Positions 25,890 through 35,079 of a stretch of DNA of 62,864 bases are shown here, piece after piece. Under the pieces are notes generated by a model. It was given only the letters and a program-made list of their open reading frames with translations, had not been told where the DNA came from and ran no database searches. Source of the stretch: Candidatus Woesearchaeota archaeon. GTDB taxonomy: Archaea > Nanobdellota > Nanobdellia > Woesearchaeales > GW2011-AR9. The translations under genes were made by a program, and so were the position numbers. Position 1 is the stretch's first letter. Every line of letters begins with the position of its first letter. The stretch lies in NCBI GenBank assembly GCA_016185625.1, contig JACPND010000019.1, forward strand, positions 1 to 62,864, read 5' to 3'.

Positions 25890-27713
25890 ATGTCAGAACT
25901 CGGGTTGAAATGCGGACTGGAAATCCACCAGCAATTGGAAGGAAAGAAATTATTCTGCTCCTGTCCAACGCTTCTGCGAGAGGATGAACCTCATTTCAAA
26001 ATCAAACGGAAATTACGGGCCACGGCCGGCGAAAGCGGAGAGATTGATGTAGCAGCACTTCAGGAACAACTGAAAGGCAAGACGTTTGTCTATGAAGGAT
26101 ATCATGATACGACCTGTTTAGTGGAAACGGATTCCGAGCCGCCGCATGAGGTGAATAGAGATGCGCTGTACACGACCTTACAATTCTCGGCTTTCATGAA
26201 AGCCAACGTTTCTCCAATCGTGCAATTTATGCGGAAAACAGTGGTGGATGGTTCAAATACATCCGGATTTCAACGCACGGGGTTGATTGCCCAGAACGGA
26301 ATCATGGAGACAGATCAGGGAAAAATACATATTACTAATATTTCGCTGGAAGAGGATGCGTGTAAGATCATTTCTGAGACTGCCAATGAGAAAACGTATC
26401 GCCTCGATAGGCTGGGCATTCCGCTCATCGAGATTGGCACTGGTCCGGACATCACCTCGCCGGAACAATGCTTAGACGTTGCGAAAAAGATCGGCTTGCT
26501 GCTGCGCAGTTTACCCGGTGTGAAGCGTGGCTTGGGAACGATTCGGCAGGACGTCAATGTTTCGATTGCCGGAGGAACTCGTATTGAAATTAAAGGCGCG
26601 CAGGAGTTGCGCCTGCTGCCGTTGTTTGTGGAATTGGAAGCCAAAAGGCAACAGGAATTGCTGAAGATAAAAGAAGAATTGAAAAACAAGAAATTGAACG
26701 CCTTCAGTATTTCTGATTTGACTTATGTTCTGAAAAATTCAAGTTCTAGCATTATCCGGAAAACTCTGGACAAGAATGGAAAAATTCTCGGCCTCAAACT
26801 CTCTGGTTTCTCCGGACTTCTAGGGCGAGAATTGATGCCCAAGTATCGTGTAGGCACGGAATTGGCAGGCAGAGCGAAAGTGAAAGCCGGTGTCGGAGGT
26901 ATCTTTCACTCGGATGAATTACCTAATTACGGGATTACTGAACAGGAAGTGCGTGCTCTTCGGAAGGAGCTGGACTGCGGGCCAGAAGATGCGTTGGTGC
27001 TGGTTGCCGACGAAGAGAACAAAGCGCGGACTGCCCTGAGTGCTGTCTATGAACGGCTGCAGGAATTATTTCTTGGTGTTCCTGCGGAAGTCCGCAAAGC
27101 GAATGATGATGGCACGACTTCGTATATGCGGCCCATGCCGGGAGCCGCACGTATGTATCCCGAGACGGATGTACCTCTTATTTTCCCGAATGCCAAAAAC
27201 GTGCACTTGCCGGAATTGCTGGAGCAGAAAATAGTGCGCTTCCAGACGCAATATGGCTTAAGCAAAGATTTAGCGGAATTTGTGGTTAAATCAGAGAAAT
27301 TATTTTTATTCGAAGAGTTGGTACAGAAATATCCGGATATGAAAGCAGCGTATATCGCCGAGACGCTGACGTCAACCTTACTGGACATCAAGCGGCAATA
27401 TCAACTGGATCCGGAGAAATTGACGGATGAAAACTTTAAGGAGTTATTCCGGTATTTATCTGAAAACAAAATACACAAAGGTATTGTATTAGACGTCCTG
27501 ATTGACATGCTGCGCGGCTCATTCAGCATTCGGCATTATGAGACGCTGTCGACGGAGGATATGCATAAAACGCTGAAGGAAATTGTGCAGAAGAATCTGG
27601 GCGCTCCGTTTTCTGCATTAATGGGATTGGCGATGAAGCAGTTGGCGGGAAAAGCTGACGGGAAGACGATTTCGCAGGAATTACAGAAGATTCTGAAGGA
27701 AGGGCACGGGTGA
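25890..27713 (+). CDS. gatE: Glu-tRNA(Gln) amidotransferase subunit E
   Basis: N-terminus LKCGLEIHQQL, 607 aa, archaeal GatE insertion domain and YqeY-like tail. Confidence 0.92.
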   Translation: MSELGLKCGLEIHQQLEGKKLFCSCPTLLREDEPHFKIKRKLRATAGESGEIDVAALQEQLKGKTFVYEGYHDTTCLVETDSEPPHEVNRDALYTTLQFSAFMKANVSPIVQFMRKTVVDGSNTSGFQRTGLIAQNGIMETDQGKIHITNISLEEDACKIISETANEKTYRLDRLGIPLIEIGTGPDITSPEQCLDVAKKIGLLLRSLPGVKRGLGTIRQDVNVSIAGGTRIEIKGAQELRLLPLFVELEAKRQQELLKIKEELKNKKLNAFSISDLTYVLKNSSSSIIRKTLDKNGKILGLKLSGFSGLLGRELMPKYRVGTELAGRAKVKAGVGGIFHSDELPNYGITEQEVRALRKELDCGPEDALVLVADEENKARTALSAVYERLQELFLGVPAEVRKANDDGTTSYMRPMPGAARMYPETDVPLIFPNAKNVHLPELLEQKIVRFQTQYGLSKDLAEFVVKSEKLFLFEELVQKYPDMKAAYIAETLTSTLLDIKRQYQLDPEKLTDENFKELFRYLSENKIHKGIVLDVLIDMLRGSFSIRHYETLSTEDMHKTLKEIVQKNLGAPFSALMGLAMKQLAGKADGKTISQELQKILKEGHG

Positions 27714-27803
27714 GTTGCCGAAGTGATGTTTTGAACGAAAGGTTTTCATAACCGTCTGAGAATTCCCAAAAGCCGATACCTTTATATAGCAGATGCAACA
27801 TTT

Positions 27804-28337
27804 ATGTTGCAGATGATACGGAAATGGAGCAGATATCGGGTTTTGCAGCAGTTTTTCGATTTTCCACGCAAAGCTTTCCTGATTCGCGAACTCTCCAGGA
27901 ATACGAAGCTCGCCCAGACCGCTATTCGAGTTGCCTTGAAAGCGTTGCTCGCGGAAGGACTTATAACGAAGGACAAAAAGGGCTTGTATCCGTCATTCAG
28001 AGCAGTAAGAGAAAGCCTCCTTTTCAAGATTATGAAAGCCCAGAATATCATCTTAAGGCTACATCAGACAGGTATTTTGAGCACGGTTGAGAAAGCAGCA
28101 TATCCATCGTGCATTGTGCTTTTTGGCAGTGCCTCCCGAGGGGAGGATACTGAAGAAAGTGATATTGACCTGTTCGTCCAGGCAAAGAGAATGAAGCTTG
28201 ATTTCAGCAAGTTTGAAAAGGCATTGAACCGCAAGATTAATCTGTTATTCGAGCCTGACCTGAAAACCATCAGTCCAGAATTGCTTAACAATTTGGCTAA
28301 TGGTGTCGTCGTGTATGGATATTTGAAGGTGGTCTGA
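27804..28337 (+). CDS. wHTH plus minimal nucleotidyltransferase (MNT antitoxin-type)
   Basis: LFGSASRGEDTEESDIDLFV NTase motif. N-terminal winged-helix-like region. Confidence 0.8.
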   Translation: MLQMIRKWSRYRVLQQFFDFPRKAFLIRELSRNTKLAQTAIRVALKALLAEGLITKDKKGLYPSFRAVRESLLFKIMKAQNIILRLHQTGILSTVEKAAYPSCIVLFGSASRGEDTEESDIDLFVQAKRMKLDFSKFEKALNRKINLLFEPDLKTISPELLNNLANGVVVYGYLKVV

Positions 28338-28339
28338 AA

Positions 28340-28771
28340 ATGCTTCCCTGGGACGAATCGTCGGATAAAGTAAGCAAAATTCGCCCTGATAGCGAAAAAG
28401 CCAAAGCACTACAGAAAATGACTGAAATGCACGAAAAGCGTGCCAAAATAACTCCTTTGCCGGACATGGCCACGTTGCTCGTCGAGGAATATTATGAAAT
28501 TGTCAAAGAACTCATCACGGCAATCATGAGTTGTGACGGTTGGAAAACCACCAGCCACGAGTTTCTCATCAGCTACTTGGCAAAATTCTATCCTGAATTT
28601 ACTGCTGCCGAAATCGCTTTGATTGACCAGCTCAGGCAAATGAGAAACGACATTGGTTATCGAGGCGTCATGATCAACCCTGAATATGTCCAGAGGAACA
28701 AGGCAGCAATAATCGATGTTATCACCAGACTCAAGGACGTAACGAATAAGCGAATAGCCAAACAACACTGA
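28340..28771 (+). CDS. HEPN-domain protein (toxin-type partner of MNT)
   Basis: Helical 143 aa with LRQMRNDIGYRG at the expected HEPN motif position. Starts 2 nt after the MNT stop. Confidence 0.7.
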   Translation: MLPWDESSDKVSKIRPDSEKAKALQKMTEMHEKRAKITPLPDMATLLVEEYYEIVKELITAIMSCDGWKTTSHEFLISYLAKFYPEFTAAEIALIDQLRQMRNDIGYRGVMINPEYVQRNKAAIIDVITRLKDVTNKRIAKQH

Positions 28772-28789
28772 GGCGCACAATGACGAAAA

Positions 28790-28906
28790 CCTGGTGCGCC
28801 ATTTTCGGCATTAATGGGATTGGCGATGAAGCAGTTGGCGGGAAAAGCTGACGGGAAGACGATTTCGCAGGAATTACAGAAGATTCTGAAGGAAGGGCAC
28901 GGGTAA
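28790..28906 (+). pseudogene. relic copy of the gatE 3' end (last about 38 codons plus TAA)
   Basis: 28808-28904 is identical to 27615-27711. Upstream codons still encode GAPFS with synonymous differences. Confidence 0.85.
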
Positions 28907-28932
28907 AAAGTAAGTTTGGAGACGTTTTTAAA

Positions 28933-29763
28933 TTATTGAATGAGTGTTTCTATGGAATTCAGAATTCTTCTTTTTGCAGAAATTGCCGCAGAAACAAATT
29001 CTCTGGTCCGATCAAAATAAGGAACTTTAATCTCTATTTCATCTGTAATGGCACCCTTATTATTTGGATCGAGGCTGCGTAATATAAACACCCGTAGTGA
29101 AGCATCCTCTGATGGTTTTTCAAAAAAATGCAGGACAGGATAATCATCGTAACCCAAATATACTTCAGGGTGTTCTTCTTCCGGAGGGCAGGGGGGTTTG
29201 TAAGAGATATCTAGCGTACCATCATTAAAAAGAAACAGATCGCTTAATGAAGCATCAGCTGAAGGATAATAATGTAAATTTACGCGTTTTTTTTTAGGTT
29301 TTGGATAGAAACTTATTTCTCTCACCTCTTTAAACATTTCCTCCAAACGTTTTTTTTGTCTCCTACCCCGAACGGAATTCTTAGCTTCTTCTTTCATGTG
29401 ATGATAGGTGTCAGGAGAGTATCTTTTTAGAAACAAATATATAAAAGAATACACTTTGTCCAATTCAGAAGGAGAAGAGGGGGATTGACTTTTGTTTGGT
29501 TCGAAATAAGGCACTCTTAAGTGCATCTCATGCCCAATATCACCTGATGGAGAATAATCTTGTAGTACAAACGCTCGTCGTGAAGCATCCTCTGACGGTT
29601 TTTCAAAAAGATGCAAGACCGGATGCATACTTAAAGGCTTTGGTGCTCCCCAATCTATTCTCAAAGTCTCCTGTTCCCAATAAAGAAACGAATCCCTAAT
29701 TAAAAAATCAGTGGCGGGATGATAATGAAAGTTTGCAATCCCGTAGTTAGATGTTGAAGTCAT
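28933..29763 (-). CDS. hypothetical protein with internal tandem duplication (DUF2283-like halves)
   Basis: Repeated blocks HYHPATDF...HLFEKPSEDASRRAFVL...RVPYFEP and HYYPSADA...HFFEKPSEDASLRVFIL...KVPYFD. Confidence 0.45.
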   Translation of the reverse strand: MTSTSNYGIANFHYHPATDFLIRDSFLYWEQETLRIDWGAPKPLSMHPVLHLFEKPSEDASRRAFVLQDYSPSGDIGHEMHLRVPYFEPNKSQSPSSPSELDKVYSFIYLFLKRYSPDTYHHMKEEAKNSVRGRRQKKRLEEMFKEVREISFYPKPKKKRVNLHYYPSADASLSDLFLFNDGTLDISYKPPCPPEEEHPEVYLGYDDYPVLHFFEKPSEDASLRVFILRSLDPNNKGAITDEIEIKVPYFDRTREFVSAAISAKRRILNSIETLIQ

Positions 29764-29908
29764 TGTAGTTTTTCTCTAAATATTTCTTAATGTATAATAT
29801 TTGGCCTATTTATAAACCTTTTGCTAAATGGTATTATTTGACAGGGGTACTATTGGTGGCAACTGACCCTGTCTTTAGTGTTACTTTATAGTAATTATCT
29901 TAGAAACA

Positions 29909-29916
29909 TTTATAAA
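29909..29916 (+). promoter_or_regulatory. TATA box (AACATTTATAAAT) 30 nt before ATG 29939
   Basis: Consensus match. Favours ATG 29939 over 29924. Confidence 0.55.
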
Positions 29917-29938
29917 TAGGTATATGTACTATATTCTT

Positions 29939-30886
29939 ATGGAACCAAAAAGAAGTGCTGACCTGCCGTATGGCAAGTTGTTTCCTTCCTATATTCATCC
30001 GCCTAAACGCAGTTCTTGGCTAAAGAAAACGCTAACCGGGGCAGCTCTGATGGGGATGTTCTATGGGATGGGCTATCTGCGCGAGCAGACATTGAGCAGG
30101 TCTCATCTTCCTAACCCCTCCGCCGTAATTCAGAGTGGTCAAGCAGAAGAGAATGTAGAATCCCGCTTGGAACGGAAAACAGCAGAAGCAGATTATCCAA
30201 TAGCTCGTCCGGTAACAGTACAACTTCCGATCGGGCCTTTGCATGAGCGAGTACAGGAGGCCTATGATTATCACCGTCGTTTTGAAGAGCTGACTGAGGT
30301 AAAGTTAGAACGAACCCTAAAGTATGATCTGCTTATTGGCCAGGCGGCTACGCAGTACAATATTCCCCGGAATCTTTTATTTGCCATTATCATCAGGGAA
30401 AGCGGCGGCAATCCAGATGCTGTGTCCTCAACGGGTGTTCGTGGCATCATGCAGATGCAGGGAAGTACTGCTCAAGCTCTCGGCGATGATTGTGTGCCAG
30501 TTACCAATCCGGCTCGGAATATCGAATGCGGGGCACGCTACCTTTCGCAGATTTTTATGCGATACAGGCAAGCCTATCCGAATCTGGATAATGAAGAAGT
30601 CTGGAATCTTGCCCTCGCTGGGTATAATAAAGGCCCGAATGGGCTGCAGGGAGCATATGATCGATTACGTCGAACAGGAAAAGATTCTTTCTGGGATCTG
30701 CAAGTGAAGGATATCGGCGGGCAGGCGTTTGCCTATGTGCCCCATGTGCGAGCGTTGGAGCGGTTTGTCCAAGAAGATGTTCCCTGGCTGCGGCTGCGTA
30801 AATTTGTGGAACCAGTTACCACGCAAGTGCGCACAGCATCAGCTTCGCTTGTCAATAAGGTAGAATATCTCGCCCAGGAATTCTAG
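29939..30886 (+). CDS. membrane-anchored lytic transglycosylase (SLT domain)
   Basis: SLT catalytic motif IIIRESGGNPDAVSSTGVRGIMQM and AGYNKGP. N-terminal hydrophobic anchor. Confidence 0.8.
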   Translation: MEPKRSADLPYGKLFPSYIHPPKRSSWLKKTLTGAALMGMFYGMGYLREQTLSRSHLPNPSAVIQSGQAEENVESRLERKTAEADYPIARPVTVQLPIGPLHERVQEAYDYHRRFEELTEVKLERTLKYDLLIGQAATQYNIPRNLLFAIIIRESGGNPDAVSSTGVRGIMQMQGSTAQALGDDCVPVTNPARNIECGARYLSQIFMRYRQAYPNLDNEEVWNLALAGYNKGPNGLQGAYDRLRRTGKDSFWDLQVKDIGGQAFAYVPHVRALERFVQEDVPWLRLRKFVEPVTTQVRTASASLVNKVEYLAQEF

Positions 30887-31732
30887 TGTTTTGTATTGGT
30901 AACCTAACCGCTTGGCCATCAGTTCAATCCATGTCCTTCGGGGAAAATTCATCGGCCTGCCGCTCATGGTTTTCGTGGGAAAGCTGACGATGACGAATTT
31001 TGCCGGCACATTCTTGATCACTTCTTCGCTGCGCTGGTGACCTTTTCCCTGATCGAGCACGTCGGTCATTTTGAACAGAAAGCAGATCTCCGCTTTGACG
31101 AGTTGGCGAAGTTTTACCCAATGCAGGGTGTCTAGAATTTCTGCTTTTCCAGAAAAATGCTTGTTTCGTTTATGGAGATATTTGAAATAGTCATCAACCA
31201 GCTCTACTTCTTCAATGTTTACATCACAAGCGAAGTATTTCATGTTTTTGAGCTGCATGAAAGAAAATGAAAACGGGTTAATGCCGCAGCCAAGGTCAAG
31301 GATGGTTTCTGGGTTGCCGGTATGATGGAAGATGCTGGCGTAGAGTTTGGCGTAAAACGGCATTCGCTCACGAGTGGAAGCATGAGTCTGGAGTATTTTG
31401 GTCAGCATCTCTGTTTTTGTTTTTTCGGAATCAGCCTTAAGCAGTTCGGCAAAGTACGCTCTTCTTTGCTGCACTTCATCGGTAATGCGGAATACGCCGT
31501 GAATTCGCCGCAATTGAGCGCGCAAATGTTTGACTGTTTGCCTGTATTCTGCTGATTTGGGATTACACTTCTGAGCGAAGAGATGTGTAATTTTTGGTTC
31601 TGACTGCAGAAATTGGAATAATTTGTCTTTTACAAAATCATCACTTAACGCACGCAGTTCTTTCTTCTTCTTGATTTCAGCGATGAGCTTCTGGACGTCA
31701 AGTTCAGGAATGAGATGGTTATGGACGAGCAT
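30839..31732 (-). CDS. 16S rRNA (guanine1405-N7) methyltransferase family protein (ArmA/RmtB/FmrO type)
   Basis: Blocks LQTHASTRERM, ILDLGCGINPFSF, VSFPTKTMSGRPMNF and EIFYLIDK align by eye with RmtB LSLHASTKERL, VLDIACGLNPLAL, VSFPTRSLGGRGKGM and ELIYLIKK. Confidence 0.8.
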   Translation of the reverse strand: MLVHNHLIPELDVQKLIAEIKKKKELRALSDDFVKDKLFQFLQSEPKITHLFAQKCNPKSAEYRQTVKHLRAQLRRIHGVFRITDEVQQRRAYFAELLKADSEKTKTEMLTKILQTHASTRERMPFYAKLYASIFHHTGNPETILDLGCGINPFSFSFMQLKNMKYFACDVNIEEVELVDDYFKYLHKRNKHFSGKAEILDTLHWVKLRQLVKAEICFLFKMTDVLDQGKGHQRSEEVIKNVPAKFVIVSFPTKTMSGRPMNFPRRTWIELMAKRLGYQYKTLEFLGEIFYLIDKRS

Positions 31733-31803
31733 GGGGAAGGAATATTTTCTTCTATTTAAAAGCTACCGTAAAGCTTATATATTTTGAGCTGGTTCTATGA
31801 TTC

Positions 31804-32256
31804 ATGGCAAGAAGTCAACGGACAGTGCAGCGGCCAACAGGAGTAACGGTGTTTGCGGTATTGGAAATCATTTTTACGGTCATGTCGTTTTTGTTCTGGA
31901 TTTTTGTGGCTTTGGTATCGGCGATTGTTCAGCTGGTTCCGGAAGCAAAACAAATGATGGGTGCGGCGCTGGCTGAGGCTGAAGTAAGCATTGCATACCT
32001 TGCGGTTACGGCTGTTGTTTCGGTGATGGTGTCGGTTGCTGGTTTTATCGCGGCAATGGGCGCTCTGAAGCTGCGGGTCTGGGGAAGAAAGATGATGATG
32101 GTTGTGGCCGGGTTTAGTATTTTGTACGGAATCGTGAATCAGGTTGCTTTTAACCAAATTGAAACTGGGTTTTTTTTTCTGCTGCCTGGTTTGGTATACA
32201 ATGGCCTGATCCTGTGGTACTTTAACCGCAAGGACGTGAAAGCCGTTTTCTCCTAA
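31804..32256 (+). CDS. membrane protein (4 helices)
   Basis: Hydrophobic 150 aa. TATA GCTTATATAT upstream. Confidence 0.5.
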   Translation: MARSQRTVQRPTGVTVFAVLEIIFTVMSFLFWIFVALVSAIVQLVPEAKQMMGAALAEAEVSIAYLAVTAVVSVMVSVAGFIAAMGALKLRVWGRKMMMVVAGFSILYGIVNQVAFNQIETGFFFLLPGLVYNGLILWYFNRKDVKAVFS

Positions 32257-32288
32257 ATCTTTTTAAACCATCATGATTTTATTTCAGC

Positions 32289-32951
32289 ATGGAGAAAAAA
32301 GAGCATTTCGTTCACCGGCACGGCAAGCGGTTCTGGCACTTCATCTGGCATGAGGATTCAATCTGGAGCTGGCTAGCGAATGTTATTATTGCGTTTATGC
32401 TGATCCGGTTTGTGGTGTATCCATTGCTGGGTGTGCTGCTGGGAACAAGTTTTCCTATTGTGGCTGTGGTTTCTGAAAGCATGGAGCATGGATTGCATAA
32501 TGAAGTGTTGTGCGGGCAAAAGTTTGATGAGTTTGCGGAATCGTTTGATGCCTATTGGAACACCTGCGGGAAATGGTATGAGAATATGGGCATTACAAAA
32601 AGTGAATTTCGTAAATTTCCCTTTGACAATGGATTCAATAAAGGTGATGTGATAATCCTGTGGCGGGCGAATGCCGGAAACGTAGATGTGGGCGATATTC
32701 TGATATTTCAGGGCCCCAAGCCGCAGCCGATCATCCATCGCGTGGTAAAGGTGACGGAGAAAGGTGGAACATTTGTATATCAGACGAAAGGAGATCACAA
32801 TAGCGACAGTTTGGGCGGGGCTTATGGGGAGACGGAAATTACGTTGGAGCGAGTTTTGGGCCAGGGCGTGGTTCGCCTTCCGTATTTGGGCTGGATCAAG
32901 ATTTTGTTTGTGGATGCAGTGAAGCCGCTGGGGATTAGGATACAGCGTTAA
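32289..32951 (+). CDS. signal peptidase I, archaeal/Sec11 type
   Basis: VVSESMEHGL (catalytic Ser box), GDVIILWR, IIHRVV, TKGDHN. Confidence 0.8.
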   Translation: MEKKEHFVHRHGKRFWHFIWHEDSIWSWLANVIIAFMLIRFVVYPLLGVLLGTSFPIVAVVSESMEHGLHNEVLCGQKFDEFAESFDAYWNTCGKWYENMGITKSEFRKFPFDNGFNKGDVIILWRANAGNVDVGDILIFQGPKPQPIIHRVVKVTEKGGTFVYQTKGDHNSDSLGGAYGETEITLERVLGQGVVRLPYLGWIKILFVDAVKPLGIRIQR

Positions 32952-32963
32952 GATCATACCGCG

Positions 32964-33965
32964 ATGAAGAAATACACTCTTTTGATGGGAATTCTGGTTT
33001 TAATTTTCTCTCTGTCGTACTGGGCGTGGGATAAAACTGGTTTTGTGGTCTACAAAAATGATGTCACTTCATTAGTCCATGACGAAGGTACTCTGCAGGT
33101 CTATTTCTGCCCCCGCGAAGCGTGCGAAGAAAAACAGGTGGAACTGTTGACTTCGGCGCAGGAATCAATTCATTGTGCGTTGTATGATATCGGCCTGCCC
33201 TCGGTGCAGCAGACGCTGCTGGAAAAATCACAGAAGATGGATGTTCGCGTGGTGACCGATAGTGATTACCTGAAAAAATTCAATCATAGTTTCGTGCATG
33301 CTGATACCTCTGGCCTGATGCATAATAAATTCTGCATTGTTGATGGGAGAAAGCTCTCTGCAGGTTCGATGAATCCCACCAATAATGATGCTCATAAGAA
33401 TAACAATAATTTCATTCTTGTCGAGTCTGAGGTTGCGGCCAGGAATTATGAAGCTGAATTTCAGGAGCTCTGGAGCGGCGTGTTTAAGAAAGGCGATCCC
33501 GTGGCCAATCCTAAAATCATGCTGGGTGAGATCCCGATAGAGACCTATTTCTGTCCGGAAGATCATTGCGCTGCCCGCGTGAAGGAAGAGCTCAAAAAAG
33601 CCACAATTTCCATCTATTTCATGACCTTTTCGTTTACGCATGAGGGAATTGCGGATATCCTTTTGCTGAAGCATATTGATGGAATCGCCATCAGTGGCGT
33701 GATGGAAACAAGGCAGATCAGCCAATATTCTGTTTTTTCACTTCTTGAATATCAGGGGATCCCAGTGCGCCAGGACGGCAATAAGAATAACCTGCATCAT
33801 AAGGTGTTTATTATTGATAATGAGACGGTCATCACGGGTTCATTTAATCCTACGGATGGCGGAGACCGGAGGAATGACGAGAATCTGATGATCATCCGTG
33901 ATAAATCCATTGCGGCGCAATTCTTGCAGGAATTTAAGTATGTGTGGAAGGAAGCGGAGGAATGA
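32964..33965 (+). CDS. phospholipase D / Nuc-like protein with two HKD motifs
   Basis: MHNKFCIVDG...GSMNPT and LHHKVFIIDN...GSFNPT. N-terminal anchor. Confidence 0.85.
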   Translation: MKKYTLLMGILVLIFSLSYWAWDKTGFVVYKNDVTSLVHDEGTLQVYFCPREACEEKQVELLTSAQESIHCALYDIGLPSVQQTLLEKSQKMDVRVVTDSDYLKKFNHSFVHADTSGLMHNKFCIVDGRKLSAGSMNPTNNDAHKNNNNFILVESEVAARNYEAEFQELWSGVFKKGDPVANPKIMLGEIPIETYFCPEDHCAARVKEELKKATISIYFMTFSFTHEGIADILLLKHIDGIAISGVMETRQISQYSVFSLLEYQGIPVRQDGNKNNLHHKVFIIDNETVITGSFNPTDGGDRRNDENLMIIRDKSIAAQFLQEFKYVWKEAEE

Positions 33966-34007
33966 CACGACAATAAGTTTTATTAAGTTCCTTCTTTTTA
34001 TTCTTCC

Positions 34008-34190
34008 ATGCGAAAGCGCCTGATAACCCTCTCCAAATGGCTGTTAGTTGTTCTCTTGCTCATGATTGTCGTGCCTATTCTTTATCCGAATCCAGTATTA
34101 GTATGGATCAGCAACGGAATTATTTTTGTGGTGGCATTGGCGATGGTGATTGCGCTCCTGCGGAAAAGAATTCAGCTGATTGAAAAGTAA
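34008..34190 (+). CDS. small membrane protein
   Basis: 60 aa with two hydrophobic helices. TATA GTTTTATTAAG about 30 nt upstream. Confidence 0.4.
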   Translation: MRKRLITLSKWLLVVLLLMIVVPILYPNPVLVWISNGIIFVVALAMVIALLRKRIQLIEK

Positions 34191-34215
34191 GAAGAAATGA
34201 TGAAGAAGGGACAAA

Positions 34216-34264
34216 TATACCAAAGGACATAAATAATTATACAGATTGTTATGTCCTTTGTATA
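34216..34264. repeat. mini palindromic element of the TATA(G/C)CNAAGGACATAA family
   Basis: TATACCAAAGGACATAA-16 nt-TTATGTCCTTTGTATA. The same arm sequence occurs at 40945-40968, 54345-54367, 62724-62745 and 62797-62817. Confidence 0.55.
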
Positions 34265-34383
34265 TAGCGACTGTGTATAATTGTCTAAACACGAGAAATT
34301 GGCGTGCAATTTCTGTGCCCCAGAAACTTCCAGTTTCTCAGGGTATTAATGTCAGTCGCTATAGGAGAGAAAGAAGAAGGCAT

Positions 34384-34587
34384 TTATTTTTTACTGAATT
34401 CCACATAGGCGCATTTCCCGCAGACCACGCGATCATTGTGGATGCCCAGGAAGGTTCCCGCTCCGCATTTCGGACAGGATTTATTCTTACATTCAATTCT
34501 TTCTCCAGAAACAGTATATAATGCACTTAACTTTCGACTAGCTTTCTTTTTAGGCGGACCGCCTTTGGCTTTGGGTTTTTCGGCCAT
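34384..34587 (-). CDS. rps27ae: 30S ribosomal protein S27ae
   Basis: CPKCGAGTFLGIHNDRVVCGKCAY zinc ribbon. Position after S24e. Confidence 0.9.
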   Translation of the reverse strand: MAEKPKAKGGPPKKKASRKLSALYTVSGERIECKNKSCPKCGAGTFLGIHNDRVVCGKCAYVEFSKK

Positions 34588-34588
34588 A

Positions 34589-34894
34589 TTATTCCTTCTT
34601 TACCTCTTTCTTGGCTTCTTTTAATTTTTTCTTTTCATGCGGCGCCATGACTTCCACGTTTTTCCGCGCTTCGATACTGTCGTATTTGTACGCCTGAAAA
34701 CGGGCGATTTGTTCACCGAATTGAGTATAAACGTGCCTCATCACGATGACGTTGGCATCAACATTTAGATTCTTTGCCAGCGTGTCGGCCACCAGTGTAT
34801 TACTAGGGGTTGCGCCCTCGAACTGGATGACTCCCATAAGTTCGCTTCGCCCTAAAAAGGGATTTTCTGTTTTTTGTTGGATAGTCAGGTTCAT
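34589..34894 (-). CDS. rps24e: 30S ribosomal protein S24e
   Basis: NPFLGRSELMGVIQFEGATPS... matches the S24e pattern, and synteny fits. Confidence 0.88.
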   Translation of the reverse strand: MNLTIQQKTENPFLGRSELMGVIQFEGATPSNTLVADTLAKNLNVDANVIVMRHVYTQFGEQIARFQAYKYDSIEARKNVEVMAPHEKKKLKEAKKEVKKE

Positions 34895-35079
34895 CGTACT
34901 TTTAAAGCATATTCACCCTTTTGTTTGACGCCTATTTTCTCGGCAATGAATGAGCGCTGGGGATCATTGATGAACACACGTCCCTGCCAACTGTCAGTAA
35001 AATTGGTGGATTTACAGATAGGACAGACATCGCCATGGACGAAATATCGGCAGGTCTTGCAGGCTTTTTTCTTGCTCAT
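34891..35079 (-). CDS. spt4: transcription elongation factor Spt4 (RpoE'')
   Basis: ACKTCRYFVHGDVCPICKS zinc ribbon, 62 aa, lies between Rpo7 and S24e. Confidence 0.88.
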   Translation of the reverse strand: MSKKKACKTCRYFVHGDVCPICKSTNFTDSWQGRVFINDPQRSFIAEKIGVKQKGEYALKVR

